Assembly: GCF_018350175.1 (NCBI RefSeq)
Contig: NC_058368.1
Span: 122,266,001-122,330,000, forward strand
Direction: 5' to 3'
From: Felis catus
Taxonomy: Eukaryota
Length of the DNA stretch: 64,000 nt
Shown here piece by piece: positions 11,901 through 23,507 of the stretch. The notes below the pieces were generated by a model. That model had not been told where the DNA came from. It did no database searches and saw only the letters and a list, made by a program, of their open reading frames with translations. How positions within the stretch are numbered: position 1 is the first letter of the stretch; the number at the start of each line of letters is the position of its first letter. The position numbers were made by a program, and so were the translations under genes.

Positions 11901-13847
11901 TGAAACCTCTACCTTTTCCCGTGTGGTCAGTTTCTCCTCTAGCAATAGAAATCCAGCAGGATAGGGGAGCACTGAGGATAAGTGACCATCTCTTATTTAG
12001 CTGGAAGATCAGATGAAACAAAGACTGCACAGTGTTCTGCCCTGGAGAGAGATGGCTGTTAAAAGAGCCACCCGTAATGCCATGGGTCTCAGGAATATTA
12101 AAGTACAGTGCAATGAAATGGGTCTCTGTCCTTGCTTCATCTAGATTTAGTTCTATGTTTTCTTAGTACGAAAGCCCAAACAATAGGACCATTTATCATT
12201 TAGGTGAAGCCAAAAGCTGGGGTGAGTACTCGGTGACAGAGGGCTAACACAGACAGATTCTGTGCTCCATTACAGCCTCTTCTTTCCTGCCAGCCCTCAC
12301 ACCGAGGTAGGAACCTGGTTTCGAGTTATTTGCCGTACAAATTTAAAGCCACAACACAAGAACAGAGGCTAAGCCCAAGGAAACAGACTCTTTCCCAACT
12401 GGTATACCCTGCTGGCTGGAAAAATTAAGTTGATCTAAGAATTATACAACTTTACCAAAACACTCACTCAGATTTCACATGAGAAAGAGAGAGGATGGCG
12501 GTATCGAAAGACAGGGATAACCACCAAATAAAGTAATTTGGATTGGGGATGTGGTTTGGTTTTGACCCATGAAATAATAATGACTTTGGAAACCTTATCA
12601 CTGGAAGGCAAGCACAAGATGTCAGTTTGCGATTTACAAGTACTGTGAAAGACACTATTGTATACGATACAGAAAAGGTGAATGTCCTTTGTGCTGCATT
12701 TAGAGGCATGAGGAAATGACTTTAACGGTCTATAAAAGAAAACCAATATTCCTCTGAGTGGGATTTTTAAAAATAAGATTTAACATAAAGTTTAAAAATA
12801 AAACTTAGTATAAAATGTAAAAATATACAATGCCTTGTTCCACTAAAAAGAATGCACTAAAAAGAATAAAACACCTAGGGATAAATTTAACCAAGGAGAT
12901 GACAGACCTGTACTCTGGAAATTAGAAGGTGTTGATAAAAGAAATTGAAGACAACACAAACAAATGAAAAGACCTGGCGTGCTCACAGATCGTAAGAATT
13001 AATACTGTTAAAACGTCCATACTTACAAAAAAGCAATCTACATATTCAACGCAATCCTCATCAAAATACCAATAGCATTTGTCACAGAACTAGAACAAAT
13101 AATCCTAAATTTTGTAGGGAGCCACAAGTGACCTCACATAGCCAAAGCAATCTTGAGAAAGAACAAAACTGGAGGTATCACAATTCCAGATTTCAAGATA
13201 TACGACAAAGCCCTGGTCATCAAAACAGTATGGTAGCAGCACAAAAACAGACCTAGAGATCAATGGAACAGATAGAGAGCCCAGAAATGAACCCATACAG
13301 ATGGCCCAGAGACACATGAAAGATGCTCGGCACCACCAATCATCAGAGAAATGCAAATCAAAACGACAGCGAGATACCACCTCACCCCTGTCCCAATAGC
13401 TGGCATCAAAAGGACAAGAAACAACAAGCATCTGAGAGATGTGGAGAAAAAGGAACCCTCGTGTACTGTTGATGGGAATGTAAACAGGTGTGATCATTGT
13501 GGGAAACAGTAGGGAGGTTCCTCAAAAGTTAAAAATACAAATACCACATGATTCAGTTATTTCACAACTTGGCATTTACCTAAAAAAAAACAAAAACAGT
13601 AATTCAAAATAATATATGTACCCCTCTGTTTATTTTATTTTATTTTATTTTATTTTATTTTATTTTATTTTATTTTATTTTATTTTATTTTTTATTATGA
13701 AATTTATTGTCAAATTGGTTTCCATACAACACCCAGTGCTTATCCCAACAGGTGCCCTCCTCAATACCCATCACCCACCCACCCCTCCCTCCCACTCCCC
13801 CATAAACCCTCAGTTTGTTCTCAGTTTTTAAAAGTCTCTTATGTTTT

Positions 13848-14082
13848 CTTTCTTTTTTTTTTTTTTTAATTTTTTTTTTCAACGTTTATTTATTTTTGGG
13901 ACAGAGAGAGACAGAGCATGAACGGGCGAGGGGCAGGGAGAGAGGGAGACACAGAATGGGAAACAGGCTCCAGGCTCTGAGCCATCAGCCCAGAGCCCGA
14001 CGCGGGGCTCGAACTCACAGACCGCGAGATCGTGACTTGGCTGAAGTCGGACGCTTAACCGACTGCGCCACCCAGGCGCCCC
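13848..14082 (-). mobile_element. Young felid Can-SINE (copy A of tandem pair)
   Basis: Complete SINEC_Fc-like element with long T tail, flanked by AAAAGTCTCTTATGTTTT (13830-13847 and 14083-14100). Confidence 0.97.
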
Positions 14083-14100
14083 AAAAGTCTCTTATGTTTT

Positions 14101-14303
14101 CAACGTTTATTTATTTTTGGGACAGAGAGAGACAGAGCATGAACAGGCGAGGGGAAGAGAGAGAGGGAGACACAGAATGGGAAACAGGCTCCAGGCTCTG
14201 AGCCATCAGCCCAGAGCCTGACACGGGGCTCAAACTCACCGACCGTGAGATCGTGACCTGGCTGAAGTCGGACGCTTAACCGACTGCGCCACCCAGGCGC
14301 CCC
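14101..14303 (-). mobile_element. Young felid Can-SINE (copy B of tandem pair)
   Basis: Second complete body with almost no tail, followed by a third target-site copy AAAATTCTCTTATGTTTT (14306-14323). Confidence 0.97.
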
Positions 14304-15574
14304 AAAAAATTCTCTTATGTTTTGACTCCCTCCCTCTCTAACCATTTTTTTCTTCCCCACCCCCATGGTCTTCTGTTAAGTTTCTCAGGATCCACATAGG
14401 AGTGAAAACATATGGAATCTGTCCTTCCCTGTATGACTTATTTCACTTAGCATAACATTCTCCAGTTCCATTCATGTTGCTACAAAAGTATAGCTACAAA
14501 AGGGTTGCTATATTTCGTACTTTCTCATTGCCACGTAGACTCCTATGTTTATTGAAGCACTATTTGCAATTACCAACACAGGGAAGCAACCCAAGTGCCC
14601 ACCAAAAGATGGATGGATAAAGAAGATGTAGGAGATATACATGTGTGTATATACAATGGGATATTACTCGGCCACAGAAAAGAATGAGATCTTGCCATTT
14701 GTGACAACATGGATGGACCTACAGGGCATTATGCTAAGTGAAATAAGCCATACAAAAACAAATACCATAGGATTTCACTTCTATGTTGAATCTGAAAAAA
14801 AAAACAAGTGAACAAAAAAACAAACAAAATAACAGAGTCTTAAATACAGAGAACAAATTGGTGGTTGCCAGAAAGGAAGTAAGTGGGGAGATGCCGGAAA
14901 TAGATATGGAGGATTAAGAGGCACAAACTTCTAGTTATAAAATAAGTAAGTCACAGAGATAAAAAGTACAGCAGAGGGCATATAGTCAATAATATTGTAA
15001 TAACATTACGTGATAACAGATGGTGACTACACTTAAGGTGAGCTCCAAATAACGTGTAAAATTGTTGAATCAATATGTTGTACACCTGAAACTAATACAA
15101 TGTTGCGTGCCAATTTACTTCAATTAAAAAAAAAGTGTGCTCTGAAATCTGGTAGAATAATTTTAATTTAACCCTATATTGCTTCTCTTCTTTAAAAATA
15201 TACTTAACATTGGAGAAATGTATTGGTCTGCTCAGGAAAGCAAAGACTTTGAGCCGTAAAGTAATTGTAGTCTCAGTCTAGGCCATGGTATGCAAATACA
15301 CTCTTCCACCAAAACGTTTTCTGACTTTTGAACCATTGTGACATGATGACAACTAGTGGCAGAGACAGGACATTTAGCCCTACAACAGCCCTATAACCCA
15401 TCACTTCCTTAGACCAGGTACCTGGCAAGCTTGGGCCATCCCAAGTAAGGTGCTATTTAAGCAATGCCCGAATGGTCTCCATTGATTGTATGGGTCATCT
15501 GAATCTCAGAACCCAAGAGCATATCTGGAAATGTCTTCCTGACACAAATACTGCACATCTGACCTCTGATCATT

Positions 15575-15790
15575 AGAGTGGAAGGAGTGTGGGCTTTGGG
15601 ATCAGTCAGACCCAAATTTGAATCCATGTGCATTTACCGGTTGGGTAGATTTAAACAAACTCTAACACCTGTGGGCCTTAGTTTTCTGCATCTACAAAAC
15701 AGTAACAAGTTTAACTCGTGCATTCTCAGATGAAGTGAGACAGTAAGCATATGAAGCACCTAGCACACCATAACCACTTGACAAATTGTT
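15575..15790 (+). mobile_element. MIR SINE
   Basis: gtggaaggagtgtgggctttgggatcagtcagacccaaatttgaatcc...catctacaaaacag...agcacctagcaca. Confidence 0.7.
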
Positions 15791-16149
15791 AGTACTGATA
15801 TTGCTCATACTGTCACTGTGCACCTTCTCTGAGTTTCTCTGGCCAGACACCAACCTGAGAGCAGGGACAGAACAAGCGTGGTGAGGAGGGTCGTGCCACA
15901 ATTAGATGGCCAAAGCTTAAGCATGACTTTCATACTGACTTACTGTATGATGTAAGACAACTGACGTCACATCTCTAAGCCTCCTTACATAGCTAGTAAG
16001 GATAATAACAGAATGCCACACAATATTATGAGGGCAAAATAGGATGGTTGATATGAAGGGGTTAACACAGTGCCTAGCAAAATGTAAGTGCTTTGTTAGT
16101 TTAACTGCTATGTCTTTAACAGTAATATCATCCCTGAATCAGTATCTTA

Positions 16150-16322
16150 TTGCATTTACTCACCTATTTTGTCTACACGATGCAATTGTAAGCTTCCTAA
16201 GGGAAATATCAACGTCTAATTCATCTTTGTACTCTGAGTGCCTGGCACGAAATAGGTACTCAATAACTATTAGTTGGAAAAGTAAACGGACGGACGGACG
16301 GATGGACAGATGGATGGATAAA
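16150..16322 (+). mobile_element. L2 3' end with (GGAC/GGAT)n tail
   Basis: tgtaagcttcctaaggg...gagtgcctggcacgaaataggtactcaataactattagttg, followed by tetranucleotide repeats. Confidence 0.7.
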
Positions 16323-19114
16323 TCCATATATATGGGAGAAAACTTTTGAAAGATGTTTGATACTTTTTTTTGGAGGTCCTTCACAGCACAAATGAATTTG
16401 AGCCCATTATAAGGTGGAATATGCCATTCAGGCAAAGATATTATGGAATTCATGAAAAGATATGCTTCGACTTGGCATAATTTGGCCATAGATAAACAGT
16501 AGGCATTTAGTATATACCTTCTGAATCAATAGGAGGCACTTAGCAAATACTTCCTGGGTGAAAACATATTCACTGATTATGCTACCCATAATTATCTCCA
16601 AAGAACTAAGCAAAAAACCAACCAACCAAACAAACAAAACACCTGTCTCCTTCATTAGATACAAAAAGATCAGTGAGGCTGGCACCTAAGTTCCAAAGTG
16701 GCACTCCAAACCAGCCAGTACCCCTTGACCTCAATTGAAAGCATCTTTTCCAATCCCAATTAAAAATTACTGATTTCGTGCCAGCCTGGGGCACCCCACC
16801 CACCTATATGTAGAATGGGCAAGGCGCAGAAAGAAAGAATACAAAATATCCTCGATCAGATGATTATTTACACGGTGATCTGCACTGCACCGTGTGAAGT
16901 GTTTTGGTGTACTTGTGTATCTTTTTTCTCTTTGATTCTCTGAAGAATCCCATTTTACAGAAGGGAAAACAAGCTGAGGATATAATAACGTGTCCAAAGA
17001 CAAACAGCCCCCAAGGAGATCTAGTGTTTTTGTACCAGCATCACTTGGTGACCTTGCAGATTTCAGAGCCATCAAGCTTATTGATTCAGACTCTCTGAGG
17101 ACAGATTAGGAATGTGCATATTCAACATGCCAAGTGACTCTTACTTTCAAGTGTGAGAACCTCTGGTGTGAGGTATTTCATTTCATGTTCCAGCTTGACA
17201 GGTCAGGGTTACAGAAAGTTTTCCAGATACTCTTCTCCCAGATCATCTGCCTCACTGCTTTGGTCCAACATTTTGTTGGCACCCAGATGTTTTATTAGGC
17301 ATTAGTGAGTGATGTGGTGATTTAGTGACTCCTGCTCTAAAGGAGTGCATTTTCCAGAAAAAAAAAAAAAAAAGAAAAAGGACTAATAAACTATTATAAT
17401 GCAGCTAAGAGGGGTTATGATGGAAAGAAGGGGTTGGAAAAGATTCTTTGGGATTAAAGAGCCCCAAAAGTCAATGTTAGACATCCAGGATTTGGCATTA
17501 GGCATTATTTACAAAAAGCTCCAGTTAAAAGGCAGTTATCTTACTGGGAGGCACAGCAAATGAACGGTTAGTAGTCATTAACCCCATAAGTGGAATTAAA
17601 CTCTGATATAACAAATGTCATCATAGATAAGAGCAGGGCTACCAAGAGAGGAAGGGTCTTTCTAAGGAGAGGGGAGGCTCAAAGGCTTTGGCAGAGGTGT
17701 TTGGAGGGAGGGCCCAAGAGCATACAGAGATCTCTGAACAGGAAACCAGGAGCCCAAGAGGAGAGAAAGATAAAGGTGACCCATTTTAGGTGCCATGTGA
17801 GAAGGGTGCTGGCGTCTAGCAGAACAGAGCCTAGAGATGAGAAATCCCCCCAGATGATTTCCAAACACCAGGTTCTAACATCAAATGGCAGGGGGGAAAA
17901 AAGGCAATTAATTGGGAGATTCTGGAGTGCTACACTATGGACCAGGCTGCTCCAAGCTTTCCTTTGGACGGGCCTCCTGGGAGACCAGTAGCAATTGCTT
18001 TTGTCCTGCAAAGTCCCAGGTGGAGCCTTTGCCTTGGGACCTCCCAACAGCCTGTGGTACCCTGCCTGTTGCCTACCCTCACTGAAGCCCAGCTCTTCAG
18101 GGAAAGTCACCCTGATCATTTCTTTTAACATGTCCTTACACCCTCCTTTGGGGAAAGTTTCATCATTACAGTTTTTCCTTTTTGCTAAGAAGGAAAGTAA
18201 ATCCCAAGAAAACAAAAATTAGCTTATTTAAGATTAGTCCGGATGAGCCTGCCCAGGTTTTCACTTTCAAGTCAGAGCAAATCAAATTCCTATCCATTCT
18301 TCAAGTCTTAAATAAAATGTCACATCTTCAGGGAGAGGTTTCTAAATGCCTCAGACTGGGTCAAATCCTCCTGCTACTGACTCTCAAATACCATCCTCTC
18401 CTTTCAAAGCACTCATTCATTACTGAACATATTTATTGAGCATCTACTTAGGTCAGGCAGTGTACTAGGTACTAAAGAAGCAAGAGTGAGCAAGATAGAT
18501 AAGATACCCTCCTGTTTATTCAGGGATAATATCACTCCTCATGTACAGGGTTGTGGTGAAGATTCAATGGCATAATTTGTCACAATGTTCAAAATTCTGT
18601 GAGGCATGAAGTACTGTTCAATTAGTTTGATAATTGCTGTTAAGTATCTAATTGCTTGGCCAGACTCCAAGTAGCAAAAGGGTAGAATTCTGACTTTTCT
18701 CTGAATCTTGAGTATGAGGTTCACTGCCTGGTGCATAACAGGAATTCAGTAGGTTTGTGCTGAATTGAATTGAATTGAAACGGGAAGAATTCTGACATAC
18801 TTTTCACCCCCCCCCCCCCCCCCCGCCACACACACACACACTCTGCAGCTGGTGGTGAGTGAAATTCACAACTTGGTACATTCTGATCAGGAAGGAAAAG
18901 GAACCTCTTTTTGGTTAGTTCCTTCGTCTATTCATAAAATATAATATTTTTAGCAGTTATTAAACACTAAGCATGCTTCTAGGTGTTGGAAATACATCCG
19001 TAAATAATACACTGAGGTTAAGCTCACTGAGTTTATATTCTAGAAGGAGGAGATAGACAATAAACAGGTAAACATTATATCAACAAAGTTATTTCAGAAT
19101 GTGAGGAGAGTAAT

Positions 19115-20040
19115 GATCTGGCAATTTATCCAAAGAAAACAAAAACACTAACTCAAAAAGACATCTGCACCTCTGTATTCATTGCAGCATTATTTATAGA
19201 AGCCAAGATATGGAAACAATTTAAGTGTCTGTTGATGGATGAATGGATAAACAAAATGTGGTGTGTATATATACCATGTAATATTATTCAGCCATAAAAA
19301 AGAAGGAAATCTTGACATTTGCAACAATATGGATGGATCTTAAGGATATAATGCTAAGGGAGATAAGACAAAGAAAAATACCATGTGATCTTACTTATGT
19401 GTGGAAACTAAAAGAAAACAAAACAAAACAGAGCAAACAACCCCTTCCCCAGCTCAGATACAGACAAAGACTGGCGGTTGCCCGAGTGAGGTGGGTGAGG
19501 GGTGGGCAACATGGGTAGAGGGGGTCAAAATGTACAAACTTGGGGCACCTGGGTGGCTCAGTCAGTTACGTATCTGACTTTGGCTCAGGTCATGATCTCA
19601 CGACTGTGAGTTCAAGCCCTGTATCGGGATCTGTGCTGACAGCTCAGAGCCTAGAGCCTGCTTTGCATTCCGTGTCTTCCTCTTTCTCTGCCCCTCCCTT
19701 GCTCACGCTCTATCTTTCCCTCTCCTTCAAAAATAAATAAGCATTAAAATTTCTTTTTAAAAATGTACAAGATGCAGCTATAAAATAAGTCATGGGGATA
19801 CAATGTTCAGTAGAGTGACTACAGTTAAAAATACTGTATTTCATATTTGAAAGTTGCTAAGAGAGTAGATCTTAAACATTCTCATCAAAAGAAAAAATAT
19901 TGTAACTATGTATGGTGATGAGTATTAACTAGATTTATTGTGGTGATCATTTCACAACATATACAAATACTGAATCATCATACTGTGCACCTGAAACTAA
20001 TCTAATGCTATATGTTAATTATACCTCAATTTTTTAAAAA
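19115..20040 (+). mobile_element. Old L1 3' fragment (L1MA9-like) inserted in an L2, itself carrying a SINE
   Basis: gatgaatggataaacaaaatgtgg, tatttgaaagttgctaagagagtagatcttaaa and cacctgaaactaat...tatacctcaat are typical L1MA-type 3' UTR. Confidence 0.88.
19542..19758 (+). mobile_element. Can-SINE
   Basis: GGGGCACCTGGGTGGCTCAG head and A-rich tail. TSD aaaatgtacaa. Confidence 0.93.
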
Positions 20041-20744
20041 GTAGAATGCAGAAAATAAAATGGGGGTTGTGGCAGAGAGACTGCTTGGCTTAGACGGTCA
20101 GGGAGGGCCTCTCTGGGGAGGTAACATTTCAGCTGAGGCCTGAAAGACAACTTGCTGGCCAAGAAACGGTTTTGGTTCTCTAACCCAACCTGGCTGCAAC
20201 CTGTACATTTTCTTTCAGAGCAGTTTTGTCTTCTACCTTAATTAGTTAATGATTTGATTCTTTTAAAATAACAGTTTATTTAATGTTTCTTCCACAGCTT
20301 TCCTCTGAGTTCAGCAGGGACACAGCTTGTGCTGTGTTGCTCACTGTTACATCCCCCGGACCTCCTGAGAGGCCAGCTGAGACTTGATTCACACGGTTGA
20401 TGGGGAGTCTGGGCCGACTGCTCAGCCAGCAAGTGACTAAAGCCAAGTGGGAGGTGGGCAGCTATGGATGAGAGTAAAGAGGATTTTGAAGTTGGAGGAC
20501 AGGCTCGATTTAAAGCAGATGCAAAGGGAAAAATAGAACCTCGCTGGTTACAACAGAAGATTTTGGCTCTCAATGAAAAGACTATAAAGCGAAAAGCTTA
20601 ATAAAGCCAAGCACATTTACCACCAAATTTTATATACTGATAGTACCTCACACAAAGTAGACAGTTTCACCTCATTTATAAAGAGATGTCAGAGGAGTAG
20701 GCAATAGTTTTTCATTCTATCTCATAGGAATATGACTTGATTTT

Positions 20745-20927
20745 CTTTTTTTTCTTTTTCATTTTAGAGTTGGGGGGGAGGAGCATAGAGCGAGGGAGAG
20801 AGAGAATCTTAAGCAAGCTGCACACAGCAGAGAGCCTGACACGGGACTCACTCCCACGGCCCTGGGATCATGACCTGAGCCAAAACCAAGAGTCAGACGC
20901 TTAACTGACTGAGCCACCCAGGCGCGC
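20745..20927 (-). mobile_element. Can-SINE (older subfamily)
   Basis: catgacctgagccaaaaccaagagtcagacgcttaactgactgagccacccaggcgc. TSD gacttgatttt. Confidence 0.9.
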
Positions 20928-20959
20928 TGGACTTGATTTTCACAATGATAACAATAGTA

Positions 20960-21170
20960 ATAACAGTGGCCATCAAATGTGAGTTCTTAGTAGGCCCAGT
21001 CACTGTGCTAACCACTATGCCCAGGAGATCTCACTTAACTCTCCTGAAAAACGTATAATAAGTAAATGTTATTATTTTATTTGTTTATACATGAGGAAAT
21101 TTGCACAGAGATGTCAAATAACTTGCCAAGCGTGAGCAAGTGGAGGAGCTAAGATTCCAGTGCGGACTCC
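20960..21170 (-). mobile_element. MIR SINE
   Basis: ggcccagtcactgtgctaa...atgaggaaatttgcacagagatgtcaaataacttgccaag. Confidence 0.7.
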
Positions 21171-22813
21171 CCACTCCTACCCCCACTCTGTGTGGACACT
21201 GTGCTGTTTCCTGGGCTACGTGACCTTGACATTGTCTTCCCTGGTGTCTGATGTAGGACAGATCACCTAGAATGACACTCAACTTCTGTGTTTACTTGTG
21301 TGGAATTTGTGGGCATTTGATGAGGGCTGGTCAAGGTTACTTGTGTCCCATTCGAAAGAAAGGGTTTGCTAATGACTAGCATAATCATGAGGGGAAACTA
21401 TAACCAAATCCACACACCTACCCATCAATGCCTCCAGAGATTCAATATGCATTGAAAGGTTACCTTTTCTAAGACACAGTGCCAAGGACCATGGGAGTGG
21501 AGGAGCAGGGAAGGCACAGAGTGTAAAGGTAGAGTGGGCAGGAAAGAAATCAGTGAAAGGGATGACTGTATTACAAACTACAGAAGGGCCATAAGAGAGT
21601 AACAGATAAAGTGCAGAACAGGAAAATCTCACACCTAATTGGGACATTGGGTTGGATTCCATGAAGACTTCCTGGAGGTGGTAATATCTGAGATATGCTC
21701 TGAAGCACAGGGAGAATCTGAATCTATGGAGATGTGAGTGAGAAGAACATTCTGGTAGGAATTAAAAATTAGAACAATGGTTTGATGGTAGGGAATGGCG
21801 AGAATTATTTGGGGAATAGTGAGTACTTGTTTATTAGTCAGTCTACATAATACCTTTAAAGGTGGTTTTTAATGCTACTTTATGAACATGAAAATAATAA
21901 TATTACATCTCCTTCAATTTAACTACATACCTATTCACAACTCAAATTCACTCTATTTACTCCAAATTAATGGAATTATAACACATTTTAAACATATAAA
22001 GCAGATTCCGACTTTAGCGTTTGGCTTTATGCCCTAATTAGCTCTCATCTGGAAATGGCAGACTTCAACCTCCCTTATCCAAGCTGGACAAAGAACTGCC
22101 AATTATTCAGTCTATAGAATGCCTCAGAGAAGAAACCATTCCAACGCCAAACCAGAATGTGTTTCCAATTCCTCAGAAGGAACTGCCTTGTCTGCTCCCC
22201 TCCTGCACATCTCTGGGCTTTAATTAAACTGAACAATACGAAAGGGAATCGATACGCCAGGATATTGACAATGTACTTTTTAAGGATTTCTGCAGCTATG
22301 ATGTCTGTTTTGGTCTTCATCCCCAGCATCAGGCAGCATGATTCCTTCTGGGCAGATGAGAACATCAGAGGGTTTTAAGACAACCCAGCACAACGAAGCT
22401 AGGTGGCAAGATCTTAGTTTTCTGACCCTTAGGACACCCGTTAGAAATAGAAGAGAAGGGGTTGAGTGGTCAGGTTTAAAGCCTTCTGCAGAAAACACTT
22501 TTAACACAAGTTTTCCCTTGATTCTGAGAAGCCATAATAGTAAACCTTTCAGGAGGTAACAGGGGAGAACATGGTCTACCTTTTGCTCTTGGGGTATGGA
22601 TAAAGACTTGCTCCTTCAGCAGAGACGCTCTCCGGGAGCGCCACAAGGCACACAAAGCCTACGCAATTGGTCTCTTTAGCCTGCAGAGTATTTTAGTTTT
22701 TAATTCAAACTTTATGCCCTGTAAGAGGCTATGCACTCACCAGGCTCCTGCATCTGGAGAGAATTACACACTTCTGTTCCTCTCTGTTTCAGTCTATGAG
22801 TTTGGCTTTACAG

Positions 22814-23063
22814 CTGGGTTTCTCCATGTCAGTGTTATTGACATTTCGGTCTGGATAATTTGCTGAGGGTGGAGCAGGGGTGGGGGAGGGTTGGGGAGCT
22901 GCCCTGTGCACCGAAGGTGTTTAGCAGCATCCTTGGGCTCTATCCACGACATGCCACTAGCACCTCCCGACCTCAGTTGTGACAATCAAAACCATCTCTA
23001 GGTGTTGCTGAACATCCCCTGCAAGGGGAAAAATGTCCCCCACACACTGACACAGAGTCACTG
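22814..23063 (-). mobile_element. MER20 hAT-Charlie MITE, complete
   Basis: gggtttctc...ttattgacattt...tttagcagcatcc...cagttgtgacaa...cactg is the reverse complement of MER20. Perfect 8-bp TSD CTTTACAG (22806-22813 and 23064-23071). Confidence 0.9.
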
Positions 23064-23507
23064 CTTTACAGCAATACAGCCTCAGAGACCAGGGCTAGGC
23101 CAATGGCCACATTAATTGTACATAAGGCCGCAGAGTGTGGGCACAAAATAAGGTGACAAGGTGCTGTCTCTAATTCCTCACGTCTTCGTTTCCTGACCTC
23201 ACTCTCCCACAGGTCTGGGGTGTAAGTGCTATGAAACAATATTTGTAAAAATGCTTTTGAAAATTTGCTGATATGATGCTGTCGCCATTTGGTTTACCTG
23301 GGTCTTCGGGCAACCACCAATACTGGCATGGGGGAAAATGACAGCTCCATTTTGAAATAAATAATTTAGATTTAAAGGCATTCCATCAACCAAGTTTACT
23401 GATGGGGAGTTGAACGTAGTGGTAAGATACGTCGGTCTTGCCACCAAAATGACCATTCTTAGAGTCTCCTGTCTTCATGGCCTCTGCTGATGGGAAAGCT
23501 GGTGGCC

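Larger units (their letters stand above)
13635..14539 (-). mobile_element. L1_Fc-like 3' fragment inserted antisense into the older L1
   Basis: (TTTTA)n tail near 13628-13697, followed by sequence that is the reverse complement of the 3' end of the full-length L1 at about 41790-42140. Degenerate TSD cccctctgtttatt / ctcctatgtttatt. Confidence 0.92.
12851..15133 (+). mobile_element. 5'-truncated older L1 (ORF2 C-terminus, 3'UTR and poly(A)), internally deleted and carrying nested insertions
   Basis: acctagggataaatttaaccaagg and aaagcaatcttgagaaagaacaaaactggagg are L1 ORF2. The 3'UTR ends tgtacacctgaaactaatacaatg...caattaaaaaaaaa. Confidence 0.92.

Noticed and set aside
13830..14323. Repeat-spacer-repeat pattern resembling a CRISPR array
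   Set aside because: The repeats are target-site duplications and the spacers are two near-identical SINEs in a mammalian genome.
17590..18222. Cluster of overlapping 60-180 aa ORFs on both strands
   Set aside because: No recognisable protein similarity or convincing splice sites, so consistent with chance ORFs.
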